Shown: positions 1 through 10,854 of the stretch, piece after piece
Layout of the letters: each line of letters starts with the position of its first letter
How positions within the stretch are numbered: position 1 is the stretch's first letter
Origin: Candidatus Hadarchaeota archaeon
Lineage (GTDB): Archaea; CAYQAE01; CAYVLA01
Direction: 5' to 3'
DNA: 64,000 bases
Assembly: GCA_964621445.1 (NCBI GenBank)
Contig: CAZUNO010000015.1
Location: 9,636 to 73,635 of the forward strand
The notes under the pieces: model-generated
The model's input: the letters and a program-made list of their open reading frames with translations, nothing else
Databases searched by the model: none
What the model was told of the DNA's origin: nothing
Translations under genes and position numbers: made by a program

Positions 1-2
1 AG

Positions 3-1016
3 GAGGCAGGATACTCGACGGCCATCTTCGGAAAATGGCATCTCGGAGATAGGCTGGTGAACAACCCCGTGCATTACGGGTTCGAAGAGTTTCGCGGCCA
101 CACCTATGGCGATTCCGACTATATATCACACGTCGACAGGCATGGCGACCTCGACTGGTGGCACAACCTGGAGATAGAGAACGATGAGGGCTACAACACC
201 AGGCTGCTCACCGACTACGCGCTGAGGTTCATGGAGGATAACCGGGACCGGCCCTTCTTCCTGTACCTGTCGCACTCGGCGATCCACTTTCCCTGGATGA
301 CCCCGGAGGAACCCGGACACCGCCAGCAGGGAGTGGATTACACGGAATGGAGTCCAACCGTACCCAAGAAATTCTCCAAGCTGGGCCCCCACGAGAACGT
401 GGCCCCTGTGGTGAGGACCATGATCGAGGAGCTGGACGCCAGCACTGGCCGGGTGATAAAAGGGCTGAGGGAACACGGGCTGGACGAAAACACCCTGGTT
501 CTCTTCCTCTCGGATAACGGGGGATACCTGCATTACGGGGGTCTTCACAGGGGGGATATTTCGAGCAACGGCCCCCTGCGGGGACAGAAGAGCGACATGT
601 ATGAGGGCGGGCACCGGGTTCCGGCCATCGCCTGGTGGCCGGGAGAGATCGAGCCGGGCGTTTCGAATGAAACCACCATGACCATGGACCTTTTCCCGAC
701 ATTCACGGAGCTGGCGGGTCTGGAGAAGGCTGGTGGGCGTGCCCTTGATGGGACCAGTCTAGTTGACCTGCTCAGGGAGAGCGAGCCCATTCCCGAACGG
801 CCCTTGTTCTGGGGGATGAGGGACAAGCGGGGGGTTAGAAGAGGTCGCTGGAAGCTCGACAAGTACCAGGGACGGCCCTATGAGCTCTACGATCTTGAGG
901 AAGACCTGGGGGAGCAGAACGACATTTCGGCCAAGAATCCAGATTTGGTCCGTGAGATGGTAAACGAGCTGAGCGAATGGGAGAGGGATGTTAGTAATGG
1001 GTTCAAGGGCGATTGA
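3..1016 (+). CDS. Arylsulfatase/sulfatase family protein (5' end outside window)
   Basis: Frame open from nt 3 (EAGYSTAIFGKWHLG); sulfatase motifs GKWHLG, FLSDNGG, GPLRGQK, YEGGHRVP, ELYDL..D.GE. Confidence 0.92.
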   Translation, partial: EAGYSTAIFGKWHLGDRLVNNPVHYGFEEFRGHTYGDSDYISHVDRHGDLDWWHNLEIENDEGYNTRLLTDYALRFMEDNRDRPFFLYLSHSAIHFPWMTPEEPGHRQQGVDYTEWSPTVPKKFSKLGPHENVAPVVRTMIEELDASTGRVIKGLREHGLDENTLVLFLSDNGGYLHYGGLHRGDISSNGPLRGQKSDMYEGGHRVPAIAWWPGEIEPGVSNETTMTMDLFPTFTELAGLEKAGGRALDGTSLVDLLRESEPIPERPLFWGMRDKRGVRRGRWKLDKYQGRPYELYDLEEDLGEQNDISAKNPDLVREMVNELSEWERDVSNGFKGD

Positions 1017-1140
1017 GATGCTCCTACATAACCTGGTAAGACATCATCTCCAATACTTTTGGGAAATTGGTATTCCTGCAAAACCATTACCCGTAATAAA
1101 CTTTCAACGAGAAATAAAATGTAGTTAGAGAGTTCATGTT

Positions 1141-1356
1141 ATGAAAAAGAAGATGCGATACGTTCATACTGAGGTTAATCCGGAGATATACGCCAGAGTG
1201 GTGGGCATTGCCAGGTCCAAGGGAACAAGCCTCAAGTAACAGATCAGAAAAGCCCTTGTGGAGTTCGTGGACCATCACGAAGGAGATGTCGAGGGTGATG
1301 ACTCCTCCCCTTCTTTGGTCAGCTCCTTCGAAACTGAGGAAGGAAACTGGAGTCAA
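1141..1356 (+). pseudogene. Ribbon-helix-helix (antitoxin-like) protein with premature TAA
   Basis: Manual translation MKKKMRYVHTEVNPEIYARVVGIARSKGTSLK*QIRKALVEFVDHHEGD; beta-helix-helix pattern continues past TAA at 1237-1239; 3' end approximate. Confidence 0.55.
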
Positions 1357-1433
1357 AGTTGGACGACTTTTTCGAGTGGTTGGCGGAAGGCAGTCCCCTG
1401 GGGGAATTCCATCTCCGTCCTCTAAATAGGAAA

Positions 1434-2458
1434 ATGGAACTGAAATTTACAGCTCAGCGGTTCCAGGTTATGGCCAGGGAGGAGGCCGAGCCCCGGAGCA
1501 AGGATGAAAAGGATGACATCAGGAGAGCCGTCTATTCCCTGGTCAAGTCCTATCTATCCTCCCCAGGAGAGGGTTATGTGCTGCAGTTTATAACCGAGCA
1601 TAAGAAACACCTCTGGTATCCCCTGGGCACCTCCTCCTCCTGGAGTCAGCCGGTGGGACTAATAGAGGTCCTGGTGGATTTTCCCCGGGGATTATGGCTT
1701 GAGGACCCGGAACCTGAACCAGATGCCATATACAGGACCGGCACGGGGATCAAGTTCTTCTGGCGCGTTGAGGATGGCAATCCCTCCTCTGACATCGAGG
1801 GGGATATCGTCAATCGGACCATGCCCATGGGGATATACCTGAAGAATTCCCTGGCAGTCTTCCTAAATACAGGATACAAACCGATGGCCGCCCTGGTCAA
1901 TATACTCGTGATATGTCTTATCTGGTACTCCGCTATTCTGTTCTCATGGTCATTTTTCGGCCCAAGCCTTAGACAGATTTCCTACCCGGGAATCAAGAGG
2001 AGCTTGACCCTGGGTTTTATCTCCTACTTCCTTTCGGTGTTCTCGGTATTGGCCGTGCTTCCTGTTCTATACTTCAGAGATGATGGAGAGATTACCGCAA
2101 CCGTCTCGCCAGATACCTTCCCTGGTTGGCAGTTCCCTTGGCATTATTTATCCCCCTTATGGTGATCGGTTGGCGGGGCTATCACGGAGATTTGTTTGTC
2201 CTGATTTTTTTGGTCCCGGGAATCGCCCTGCTCCTGATCCTGGGAATGGAACTGGCCTTTAAACACCTGAGGGATCCGTTAGGGACTCATAAATCCTCGC
2301 GGCTGGCCAGGTGCTGGGCTCTTGGCACATTCATGGCATTTCTCATGATAGTTTTGTATTCCTATTCCCTGATTTTAGGCCTTGCTGCAATTGTCCTCAG
2401 CCTGATCTTGGGCATGACAAAGATACCAGCACTGGCAAAGAATAGTCCCGGCATCTAG
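1434..2458 (+). pseudogene. Membrane protein, frameshifted near 2080
   Basis: ORF 1359..2165 turns hydrophobic and continues in another frame (WRDYRNRLARYLPWLAVPLALF) as ORF 2126..2458. Confidence 0.6.
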
Positions 2459-2541
2459 CAACATCCTATTGTAAACCAATTAATAGACCCAGAGTTGTGG
2501 GGTTTTGATCATAATAATTGGGGTTTGATTTTTCAAGATAA

Positions 2542-3612
2542 TTATATGACCCGGGGATTCAGTTCCTCTGAATACGCAAGCATATCCTTCAACAAGATTT
2601 TAACGACACTGTAAAGTCCTTCTTTGATCTGTCTGATAGTCCCGGCATCCTCCAGTTCGTCCAGATATCTCTTAAAGTAGGCATGAGTAATTTCTTCGCT
2701 CCGCGGGGATGATTCAAGATATTCGGCCATTAATCTCGACTCAGAAATCGGCATATCTGTTTTGGCGATCATGGACTCACGGTATATAGAAGTTTCAATC
2801 CTTACGAAAGGATCAATATTATGGATTCCGAGATAATCCTTAAGCATGGAGTAACTGTGTGCCAATATTTCGGTGAGAGCCAGTCGTTTAAAGTTCGCCT
2901 TGGCCTTTTTTGGCCCTTTTTCCATAGCTTTCTCATATATACCTTCTAATGTGCTACCGTAAGTTACCAATTGTTCATCAAGGCTTACTAAGTCTAACGA
3001 CTCCATGACCGACAGATATTGGTGCATTTTATTCCGTTCTCCATGAAATATCTCATAACAAATTGTGTTCAATGGAACCGATCGATTGTCGTATAGTTCA
3101 GCGAGTATCATACTGAATTTGTTTATGCCATTCCGAATGTCGTGAATTTTGGTGAGGTTTTCAGCGGTTTTATTCACAATTATGGACTCAATTCGGTTTC
3201 TCCATATTTCAAGATTAGAATAGGCGGATTTGGAAAGGTTCGCTCTTTTGGGATATCTCAATGCTTTTCCTTCGGAGCTAATCTCCATCCTCCCAATTTT
3301 GGGAAATTCAAGAAACCTAATAATCTCCCTATCCTCCAAATCGTTTCGTACAAGTCTAGGATAGATTATCTTTAGATCTATGAGCCAATTTCCCTTCGGC
3401 CGTTTACTAATAGTACCAGGTGAAACCCGATTCCCGTAAAGCCTATGGATCATTCGATTGGCAATGAATTCAGCGTGTTTGGGAGACTCAACCCGATACG
3501 ATTTTCCAGAATTCCAAAGATCCCAATAGACATCCTCCTTACCAACATCAGCAACGGTTTCTACGGATGAGTTGCTCAAAATATTGCCTCTAATTAGAGT
3601 CAGAATCTTCAA
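2542..3612 (-). CDS. Hypothetical protein, possible C-terminal winged-helix-like elements; partner of C39 peptidase
   Basis: 356-aa ORF in AT-rich segment, overlapping the stop of the upstream peptidase. Confidence 0.75.
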   Translation of the reverse strand: MKILTLIRGNILSNSSVETVADVGKEDVYWDLWNSGKSYRVESPKHAEFIANRMIHRLYGNRVSPGTISKRPKGNWLIDLKIIYPRLVRNDLEDREIIRFLEFPKIGRMEISSEGKALRYPKRANLSKSAYSNLEIWRNRIESIIVNKTAENLTKIHDIRNGINKFSMILAELYDNRSVPLNTICYEIFHGERNKMHQYLSVMESLDLVSLDEQLVTYGSTLEGIYEKAMEKGPKKAKANFKRLALTEILAHSYSMLKDYLGIHNIDPFVRIETSIYRESMIAKTDMPISESRLMAEYLESSPRSEEITHAYFKRYLDELEDAGTIRQIKEGLYSVVKILLKDMLAYSEELNPRVI

Positions 3613-4243
3613 TAATATCGTTATTTTTGGACCAGTCCGTCAATTTTGGTTGTCTTGTACTTTTAATCCATCGAAGTACTATGCCACTGCCACGTTCCCA
3701 AAGACGGAGAAAGTCGACTTCCGGATATTCCTTAACACCTTCTTCAAGAGGATCCATACATCGTATATGTTTCAATTTGGGGTCGTAACCTCTTACTACT
3801 ATAGCATGATGTAATATGCCGCTTACTCCCTCTAAATCAAATCTTTTATCTATATAAACGCCTGTTGGAAGACTTCTTTCAAGATCATCCAGGACCCTTT
3901 CCAAATCGCCCCTTTCTTCTATTTCTATCCTCCATCCGCAGTTTTCGTCATCTAAGATTTCATTCAGGTTTGTGATGTCGAACAAACTTGTACCTAACTC
4001 TTCATCGGTGTTTAGGGCTTCCGCAATTCGTGAAGCACTCATTTCAGGCATATCTTCATCCCATCGACTTATGAAATCCATCATCATCTTAAGGCTTATT
4101 GGCACGCAATCCTGCTTTTCGGGATTTTGTTTAATTAAGTGGATATCCAAATCTATCCAACTACGAGGATTTCCCTTTGATTTATTCAAGAGAATATCTC
4201 CAGGTATCTTACGAAGTAATAAGGCATATCCAAATATATGCAT
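3590..4243 (-). CDS. Papain-like cysteine peptidase, C39-like
   Basis: Q...DCVP (catalytic Cys), HAIVVRGYD (His), MDP (Asp), F.RLW; start uncertain. Confidence 0.85.
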   Translation of the reverse strand: MHIFGYALLLRKIPGDILLNKSKGNPRSWIDLDIHLIKQNPEKQDCVPISLKMMMDFISRWDEDMPEMSASRIAEALNTDEELGTSLFDITNLNEILDDENCGWRIEIEERGDLERVLDDLERSLPTGVYIDKRFDLEGVSGILHHAIVVRGYDPKLKHIRCMDPLEEGVKEYPEVDFLRLWERGSGIVLRWIKSTRQPKLTDWSKNNDIIEDSDSN

Positions 4244-4461
4244 TTCTTAAAATCTTTGCATCCCTTTTTATATATCATTATAATCCTTGAAAATACGTTT
4301 CATAAATACTGAGATAGTTGAGATAAGATTCCATTATTCTCTTTGGGGAGCATTAGAGCTTGCTTTGATTTAGTTGTCAGTTATGTAAAATTGCAATGAT
4401 TCCTGTGTTTATGCGCTTTGGGTAGATCGCAATAGATATCAAGTAAGGGGAAAGAACAACT

Positions 4462-5693
4462 TTGGGGAATTCAAAACGTCGGTCATTTCTGAAACTCCCA
4501 ACTTTCTCTTAGCCCTTATCCTCGCAATTATCATATCGCTCGGGGTATTTTTGCCCTCGACCCAGGCCCAGCAGGAAGAGGAGATATCGGCCTTCGTCAT
4601 GGCTCATTCCCAATGGATATGGGGCAACCCCTTCCGGGTCCTCTTCTCCCGTGACCCCCTGTTTACCTACTCCCTGTATCCTCTGCCTCCCTTCATATCC
4701 ATGGCCGAAAAATCCAAGCTGGATAGGATCTACTTCCCCAGGAAGAGGGAACTGCTGGTGGATAACTACGACCTGATGGTCTTCCATGATATAAGGACCG
4801 GGTTCACTCCCAGACAGATCCAGGACCTGGATTACGCCTTCCGGGAGGCCGGCATGACCGCTATGTGTGGGCTATGTCTGGGCTGGGACTATGCCTGGGA
4901 GCCCACCATACTCTCCGAGCTGCTTCCCATAACCGAGCACGGGAGCGTCAGTCCTTACTTCAGGGGCTACACGGTTAAGTTTAGGAGGGACAGGCCACCC
5001 GTATTCCTCGATTTTCTGGATATGGGTATCGAGAATGTGGTGGGAACCCAGTTCTGTGATATGAAGGCCGACCAGGCAGCCACCGTCTGGGGAGACATAG
5101 AGCCCTGGGGAATCCCCTGGATGGTTTCCTGGAGGCCCGGGGGTACCGATGCGGGCATGCAGTGGGTGGTATCCCACACCTTCGGGGGATGGTGGGACGA
5201 GAACGAGAACCCCTACTCCTACGACGTATGCACCAACATGATTTTCTATTCACTGGGCCGTGACCTGGTGGAGAATATCCCTGGTAGAAGACGTGCTAGG
5301 GGCATGTTCGCCGATATCCAGACACAAAAATCCATAATCGTTTCCATGATGGAGTGGGCCGCCGATTTCGGGGCCGACACCACCTCACTTTCGGACTCCC
5401 TGGAGAATATCGAAGGGGAGATGGAAGTCGCGGTGGAGGATTACAAGAAACAGGACTACGCCTCGGCCATCTCCTTCCTAAAAACCATGTCCCAGAGGGT
5501 AAAGAACATATCGTCCCGGGCAGTGGAGCTAAAGGACGGGGCGCTGCTCTGGGTATATATCTCAGAATGGCTAGCCGTGTCTTCAGCGGCTCTGATATCC
5601 GGCCTGGCTGTTTGGACCCTTATGGTACGCAGGAGGCTGTATAAGGCAACGCCCACCACGAGACTCGAGTCCGATGTAAGATTTTCCAATTAA
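4462..5693 (+). CDS. Surface protein family paralog 1 (GATase-like domain, stalk, conserved TM tail); signal peptide split by 1-nt frameshift at ~4503
   Basis: YFPR..L..YD, FGADT, ALLWVYISEW...LMVRRRLY; TTG-MGNSKRRSFLKLPT at 4462 is one frame off the h-region FLLALILAIIISLG. Confidence 0.85.
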
Positions 5694-5711
5694 CCAAGGG
5701 AAGGAAAGCTC

Positions 5712-5987
5712 GTGAAACCTCTGCTTTACATTCCCGCCGGCGCCATCGGTGACACCAGCCCCTTCTCCATCACCAGGAAGCCGGTCAACATCACTACCAA
5801 ATCATGTTTCGTGTTTTTCGAGGACGAGAATTTCCACTACGCGGTGGAGTACGAGAAGCCAGAACCGGGAAAGGGCGGCCTGGAGAACCTGGCCAGGATC
5901 TCGCCCTGGGGCCCCTCCCAGATATCGGGCGCCAAGAGGATTGGAAGTGAGCGGGGCCTGAGGAAGGTACAGATGCAGGCCAGGTAA
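5712..5987 (+). CDS. Small hypothetical protein or gene fragment
   Basis: 91-aa ORF with purine-rich upstream; no family recognised. Confidence 0.3.
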   Translation: MKPLLYIPAGAIGDTSPFSITRKPVNITTKSCFVFFEDENFHYAVEYEKPEPGKGGLENLARISPWGPSQISGAKRIGSERGLRKVQMQAR

Positions 5988-6032
5988 GGAGAAATATTAG
6001 AACCCGCCCTCGCCACATCCCGCGGTGCGTCC

Positions 6033-7334
6033 ATGAACGTAGATGAGCTGCGATCAGAGATACTGGAGTCCATCTCCGATTACCCGGTAATTGACTGTCA
6101 CGACCACACCATGGGGCCCGAAAGCGCCCCCGAGTACTCGGAGCCCATAGCCGCCCTGATCCAGGGATACTTCGAGAGCGATCTCATATCCGCCGGCGGG
6201 GAGAGTGTAATGAACAAGCTCAAGGACCATGATATCTCCACCGAGGAGAAGTGGCCCATATTTCAGGAGCTGTGGAACAGGACCAAGCACACGGGATATG
6301 CGAGGGTAACCCGCATCGTTCTCAGGGATTTCTACGGTCAGGATGAAATGAGCCTGGAGTCCCTGAAGGCCATCCAGGACCGGCTCCTGGATCTCAAGGA
6401 TGAGGAAACATATCGGTCTATCCTGGAAGGGGCAAACATAAAGTGCAGGCTGGTGAATGTGGATCCGGGCCTAAGGGACTTCATCACCGGGAAGCACCAG
6501 ATGTACCCCCTGGACAGGCTCCTCATCCCCCTGCCCGGATTCCATAGCATACGCAGCTACGGCGATGTGGAGAACAACGCGAGGATCGTGGACCGGTCGG
6601 TGGTGGATCTGGATGATTACCTGGACGCCTGCAGGGAGGTTTTCTCCTCCATGAAAACGGCGGGAGCGGTTGGATTCAAGGACCAGTCGGCCTACAACAG
6701 GGCCCTGATCTACGAGAACGCCACCCGGAGCCAGGCCGAATCCCTCTTTAATCGAATAATCGAGGATCCCAGGAAGTCCCTGGGCTGGCCGGGGGCAAAA
6801 CCCCTGGACGATTTCCTGTTTCACAGCTTCATGAAGATGGCGGCGGAGCTGGAGCTGCCGGTACAGCTACACACCGGGCATATGGCCGGGATAAGAAACG
6901 ACATAGTGAAGACCAATGCGGCCGGGCTGACCTCGGTGCTGGAGCTACACCGGGATGTGAATTTCGACCTCTTCCACGGGAACTGGCCCTATCTGGGCGA
7001 GCTGCTGTATTTGGGTAAGAACTACCCCAACGCATCCATAGATTGCTGCTGGGTCAATATAATCGATCCCTTCTATACCGAGAGACTTCTGGCTAATTCT
7101 CTGGTCACCGTCCCCCACTCCAAGATCCATGCCTTCGGCGCCGACTACGGCGACTGCGTGGAGTACGCCGCCGCCCACCTGGAGGTGGCCAAGGACGTGG
7201 TCGCCGGCGCCCTGGCCGGGTCAGTGTCCAGAGGTTGGCTGGACAGGGAGTCCGTGGAGTCCGTTGCCGCTGACTGGTTGTTCAACAATCCGAATAGATT
7301 TTTCGATCTGGGATTCGATACACTGGAGCCCTGA
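6033..7334 (+). CDS. Amidohydrolase superfamily protein (uronate isomerase-like)
   Basis: IDCHDH metal motif, PVQLHTG, FDLFH, FGAD. Confidence 0.88.
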   Translation: MNVDELRSEILESISDYPVIDCHDHTMGPESAPEYSEPIAALIQGYFESDLISAGGESVMNKLKDHDISTEEKWPIFQELWNRTKHTGYARVTRIVLRDFYGQDEMSLESLKAIQDRLLDLKDEETYRSILEGANIKCRLVNVDPGLRDFITGKHQMYPLDRLLIPLPGFHSIRSYGDVENNARIVDRSVVDLDDYLDACREVFSSMKTAGAVGFKDQSAYNRALIYENATRSQAESLFNRIIEDPRKSLGWPGAKPLDDFLFHSFMKMAAELELPVQLHTGHMAGIRNDIVKTNAAGLTSVLELHRDVNFDLFHGNWPYLGELLYLGKNYPNASIDCCWVNIIDPFYTERLLANSLVTVPHSKIHAFGADYGDCVEYAAAHLEVAKDVVAGALAGSVSRGWLDRESVESVAADWLFNNPNRFFDLGFDTLEP

Positions 7335-7545
7335 CCACGTTTAACCGCTATTCGATGGCCGTATGTAACTTCATGGGGACCTCAATTGATCATTTTATCC
7401 CAAAGTTTTTGTATGCAGCTTCCCATAGTAGTATAGCGTTTGCGGTCTTTTAGGCCCACATGGCGAATCGAGCTTGGCGGGTGTCTCTCTTGACATCCGT
7501 CCGGCGGTAGCCTATTGAGGCTGGTCCGCGGAATTAGGGGCAAAA

Positions 7546-7815
7546 ATGATGGGAAGGAGAAACGTTGAACATGTCTGTGCTGAATGCGGTAAGAAGATTA
7601 ACGGAACGCCAACGGAGTGCATGGGTTGTCTCCGCCTTTTCCACAGCTCATGCCTGCAAAGGGTAAAGCTGAAAAACAAGAGACCCTCATACATGATGTG
7701 TGAGGACTGCGTGCTCGAAAAACACACGGAGAGGGTGCTAGTAGGACCGACGAGAATTGACGAGGACGCTTTGGAAGCGAGTCCCCACCTGTCCAGTAAT
7801 TCCCGTGGAAGGTAG
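7546..7815 (+). CDS. Small zinc-finger protein with PHD-type C4HC3 pattern
   Basis: CAEC-x10-CMGC-LRLF-H-SS-C-x15-CEDC. Confidence 0.7.
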   Translation: MMGRRNVEHVCAECGKKINGTPTECMGCLRLFHSSCLQRVKLKNKRPSYMMCEDCVLEKHTERVLVGPTRIDEDALEASPHLSSNSRGR

Positions 7816-7889
7816 ATCACCGCGTTGCGGATCGGCAATGACATGCTTGAAATGATACCTTTAATTGGGAAAAACGAGAAAGTCGGTCC

Positions 7890-8156
7890 GTGGATCTGAG
7901 AAAAATCCTTGGCAAATTCATTCGCGAAACCGAAGGAAAACATGTGGAATCCCTGGGTAGGCTTAGCCAGAAGAAGGGTGATCTATCGGTCAAGAAGGAG
8001 GAACAGGATGTTTGGGTCGGTCCCTATCCGGATATAACCTATACCTGGGGCCGACTCAGCGGCGCTCAGAGCATAGACATGGTCCTGTTTCTGGTCAGCA
8101 TCGCCGTGCTGCTTCTACTAGCCGAGATACTACGTCAGACCCAGGGTCCCTGGTGA
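7890..8156 (+). CDS. Small membrane protein (single C-terminal TM)
   Basis: 88 aa, hydrophobic VLFLVSIAVLLLLAEIL. Confidence 0.55.
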   Translation: MDLRKILGKFIRETEGKHVESLGRLSQKKGDLSVKKEEQDVWVGPYPDITYTWGRLSGAQSIDMVLFLVSIAVLLLLAEILRQTQGPW

Positions 8157-8211
8157 TCGGGAGCTCCCGAGTATACTTATAAACCGCCCGGGAAGCTAGA
8201 CTCTGAGCTGA

Positions 8212-9504
<1,293 letters not shown>

Positions 9505-9549
9505 AATAGAACTAATCAAGTCCCCGGCCGGCATCGATTTTTCAGGGAG

Positions 9550-10854
9550 ATGGAACCCTCACAAAGCGGTGGCTTTTTGGATGGTAATGACTGGCTCCTG
9601 GAAATGATCCGGGCAGAGATCGTGCAGAGAAGGCAGGAGGGGTGCCGGGTTACCGGCATCGAGGAGGAGATCGGGGACGACACTTCAATCCAACGGTTAA
9701 GAGAAACCTGGAACCGGCTTCAAGGTATGGAACCCACACCGGACTTTCCCTACCTGGAACCATCGGACATGGAGTCTATAGTGGAGGAGACCGGGCATCC
9801 GACCAGGGATTTACCGATCAAGTGGGATGAGCTTAAGGATAGGATACATGCTGCCTGGCTGGGCCGCTGTGTTGGGTGCCTCCTGGGAAAACCGGTGGAG
9901 GGATGGAACAAGCGAGAGATCGAGGAATATCTAAGGAGCCAGGGCTCCTATCCCCTTGAGGATTACATCCCTCCCGCCGAAGGCCCGGGGCGAGCGAGCC
10001 CTCCGGAAGCATTAAGGGGAAATATCCATGGCATGCCACGCGATGACGACACCGACTACACGATCCTCGGGTTGCACATGGTGGAGAGACACGGTTTGGG
10101 GATAACCAGCCAGCAGATAGGTGAGGAATGGCTACAGAACCTGCCCTACAGATCGGTTTACACCGCGGAGAGGGCCGCATATAGGAACCTCGTCAACGGC
10201 CTGTCCGTCCCCGAAACCGCCACCCATTACAATCCGTACCGGGAGTGGATAGGCGCCCAGATCAGGGCGGATATCTGGGGCTATGTTAATCCGGGTAATC
10301 CGGAGGCCGCCGCGGAAGCTGCCCATGAGGATGCCAGACTGAGCCACGTCAAGAACGGTGTCTACGGCGAGATGATGGTGGCTTCCATGATAGCGGCATC
10401 TTTTTCTCTGGACGATCCCTTGGAGGTGATCAGAGCGGGCCTGGATTTTATTCCTCGGAACAGCAGGCTTAGCGAAGCGGTTAGGAGAGTCCTATCCTGG
10501 TCGGCTGAAAATGATGACTGGAGGGACTGTTGGTCCCTGATAGAGACCCGATACGGCCATTACCATCCCGTACATACCATAAACAACGCCCTAAACGTGG
10601 TTTGCTCCCTGCTCTACGGGAGGGACAGCTTCCAGAGGACTGTGGGCATCGCGGTGATGTGCGGCTGGGATACCGACTGTAACGGGGCAACCTCGGGATC
10701 CATATACGGGGCAATGAATGGCCTCTCGGGGATAACCGATCGCTGGCTATCCCCTCTGGGGGACAGGGTCAGGAGCCACGTGAGGGGTTTTCAGGAATCC
10801 AGGATATCTGAGCTAGCGGAAAGAACCTACGCCCTGGTGGAGGAACCGGGATGA
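9550..10854 (+). CDS. ADP-ribosylglycohydrolase family protein
   Basis: DDDTDY, EWIGAQIRAD, SHVKNG.YGE, GWDTDCNGAT. Confidence 0.92.
   Translation: MEPSQSGGFLDGNDWLLEMIRAEIVQRRQEGCRVTGIEEEIGDDTSIQRLRETWNRLQGMEPTPDFPYLEPSDMESIVEETGHPTRDLPIKWDELKDRIHAAWLGRCVGCLLGKPVEGWNKREIEEYLRSQGSYPLEDYIPPAEGPGRASPPEALRGNIHGMPRDDDTDYTILGLHMVERHGLGITSQQIGEEWLQNLPYRSVYTAERAAYRNLVNGLSVPETATHYNPYREWIGAQIRADIWGYVNPGNPEAAAEAAHEDARLSHVKNGVYGEMMVASMIAASFSLDDPLEVIRAGLDFIPRNSRLSEAVRRVLSWSAENDDWRDCWSLIETRYGHYHPVHTINNALNVVCSLLYGRDSFQRTVGIAVMCGWDTDCNGATSGSIYGAMNGLSGITDRWLSPLGDRVRSHVRGFQESRISELAERTYALVEEPG

Noticed and set aside
7430-7545. GC-rich stretch upstream of the zinc-finger gene as a possible ncRNA
   Set aside because: Only a short hairpin (GGGTGTC/GACATCC); no known RNA motif
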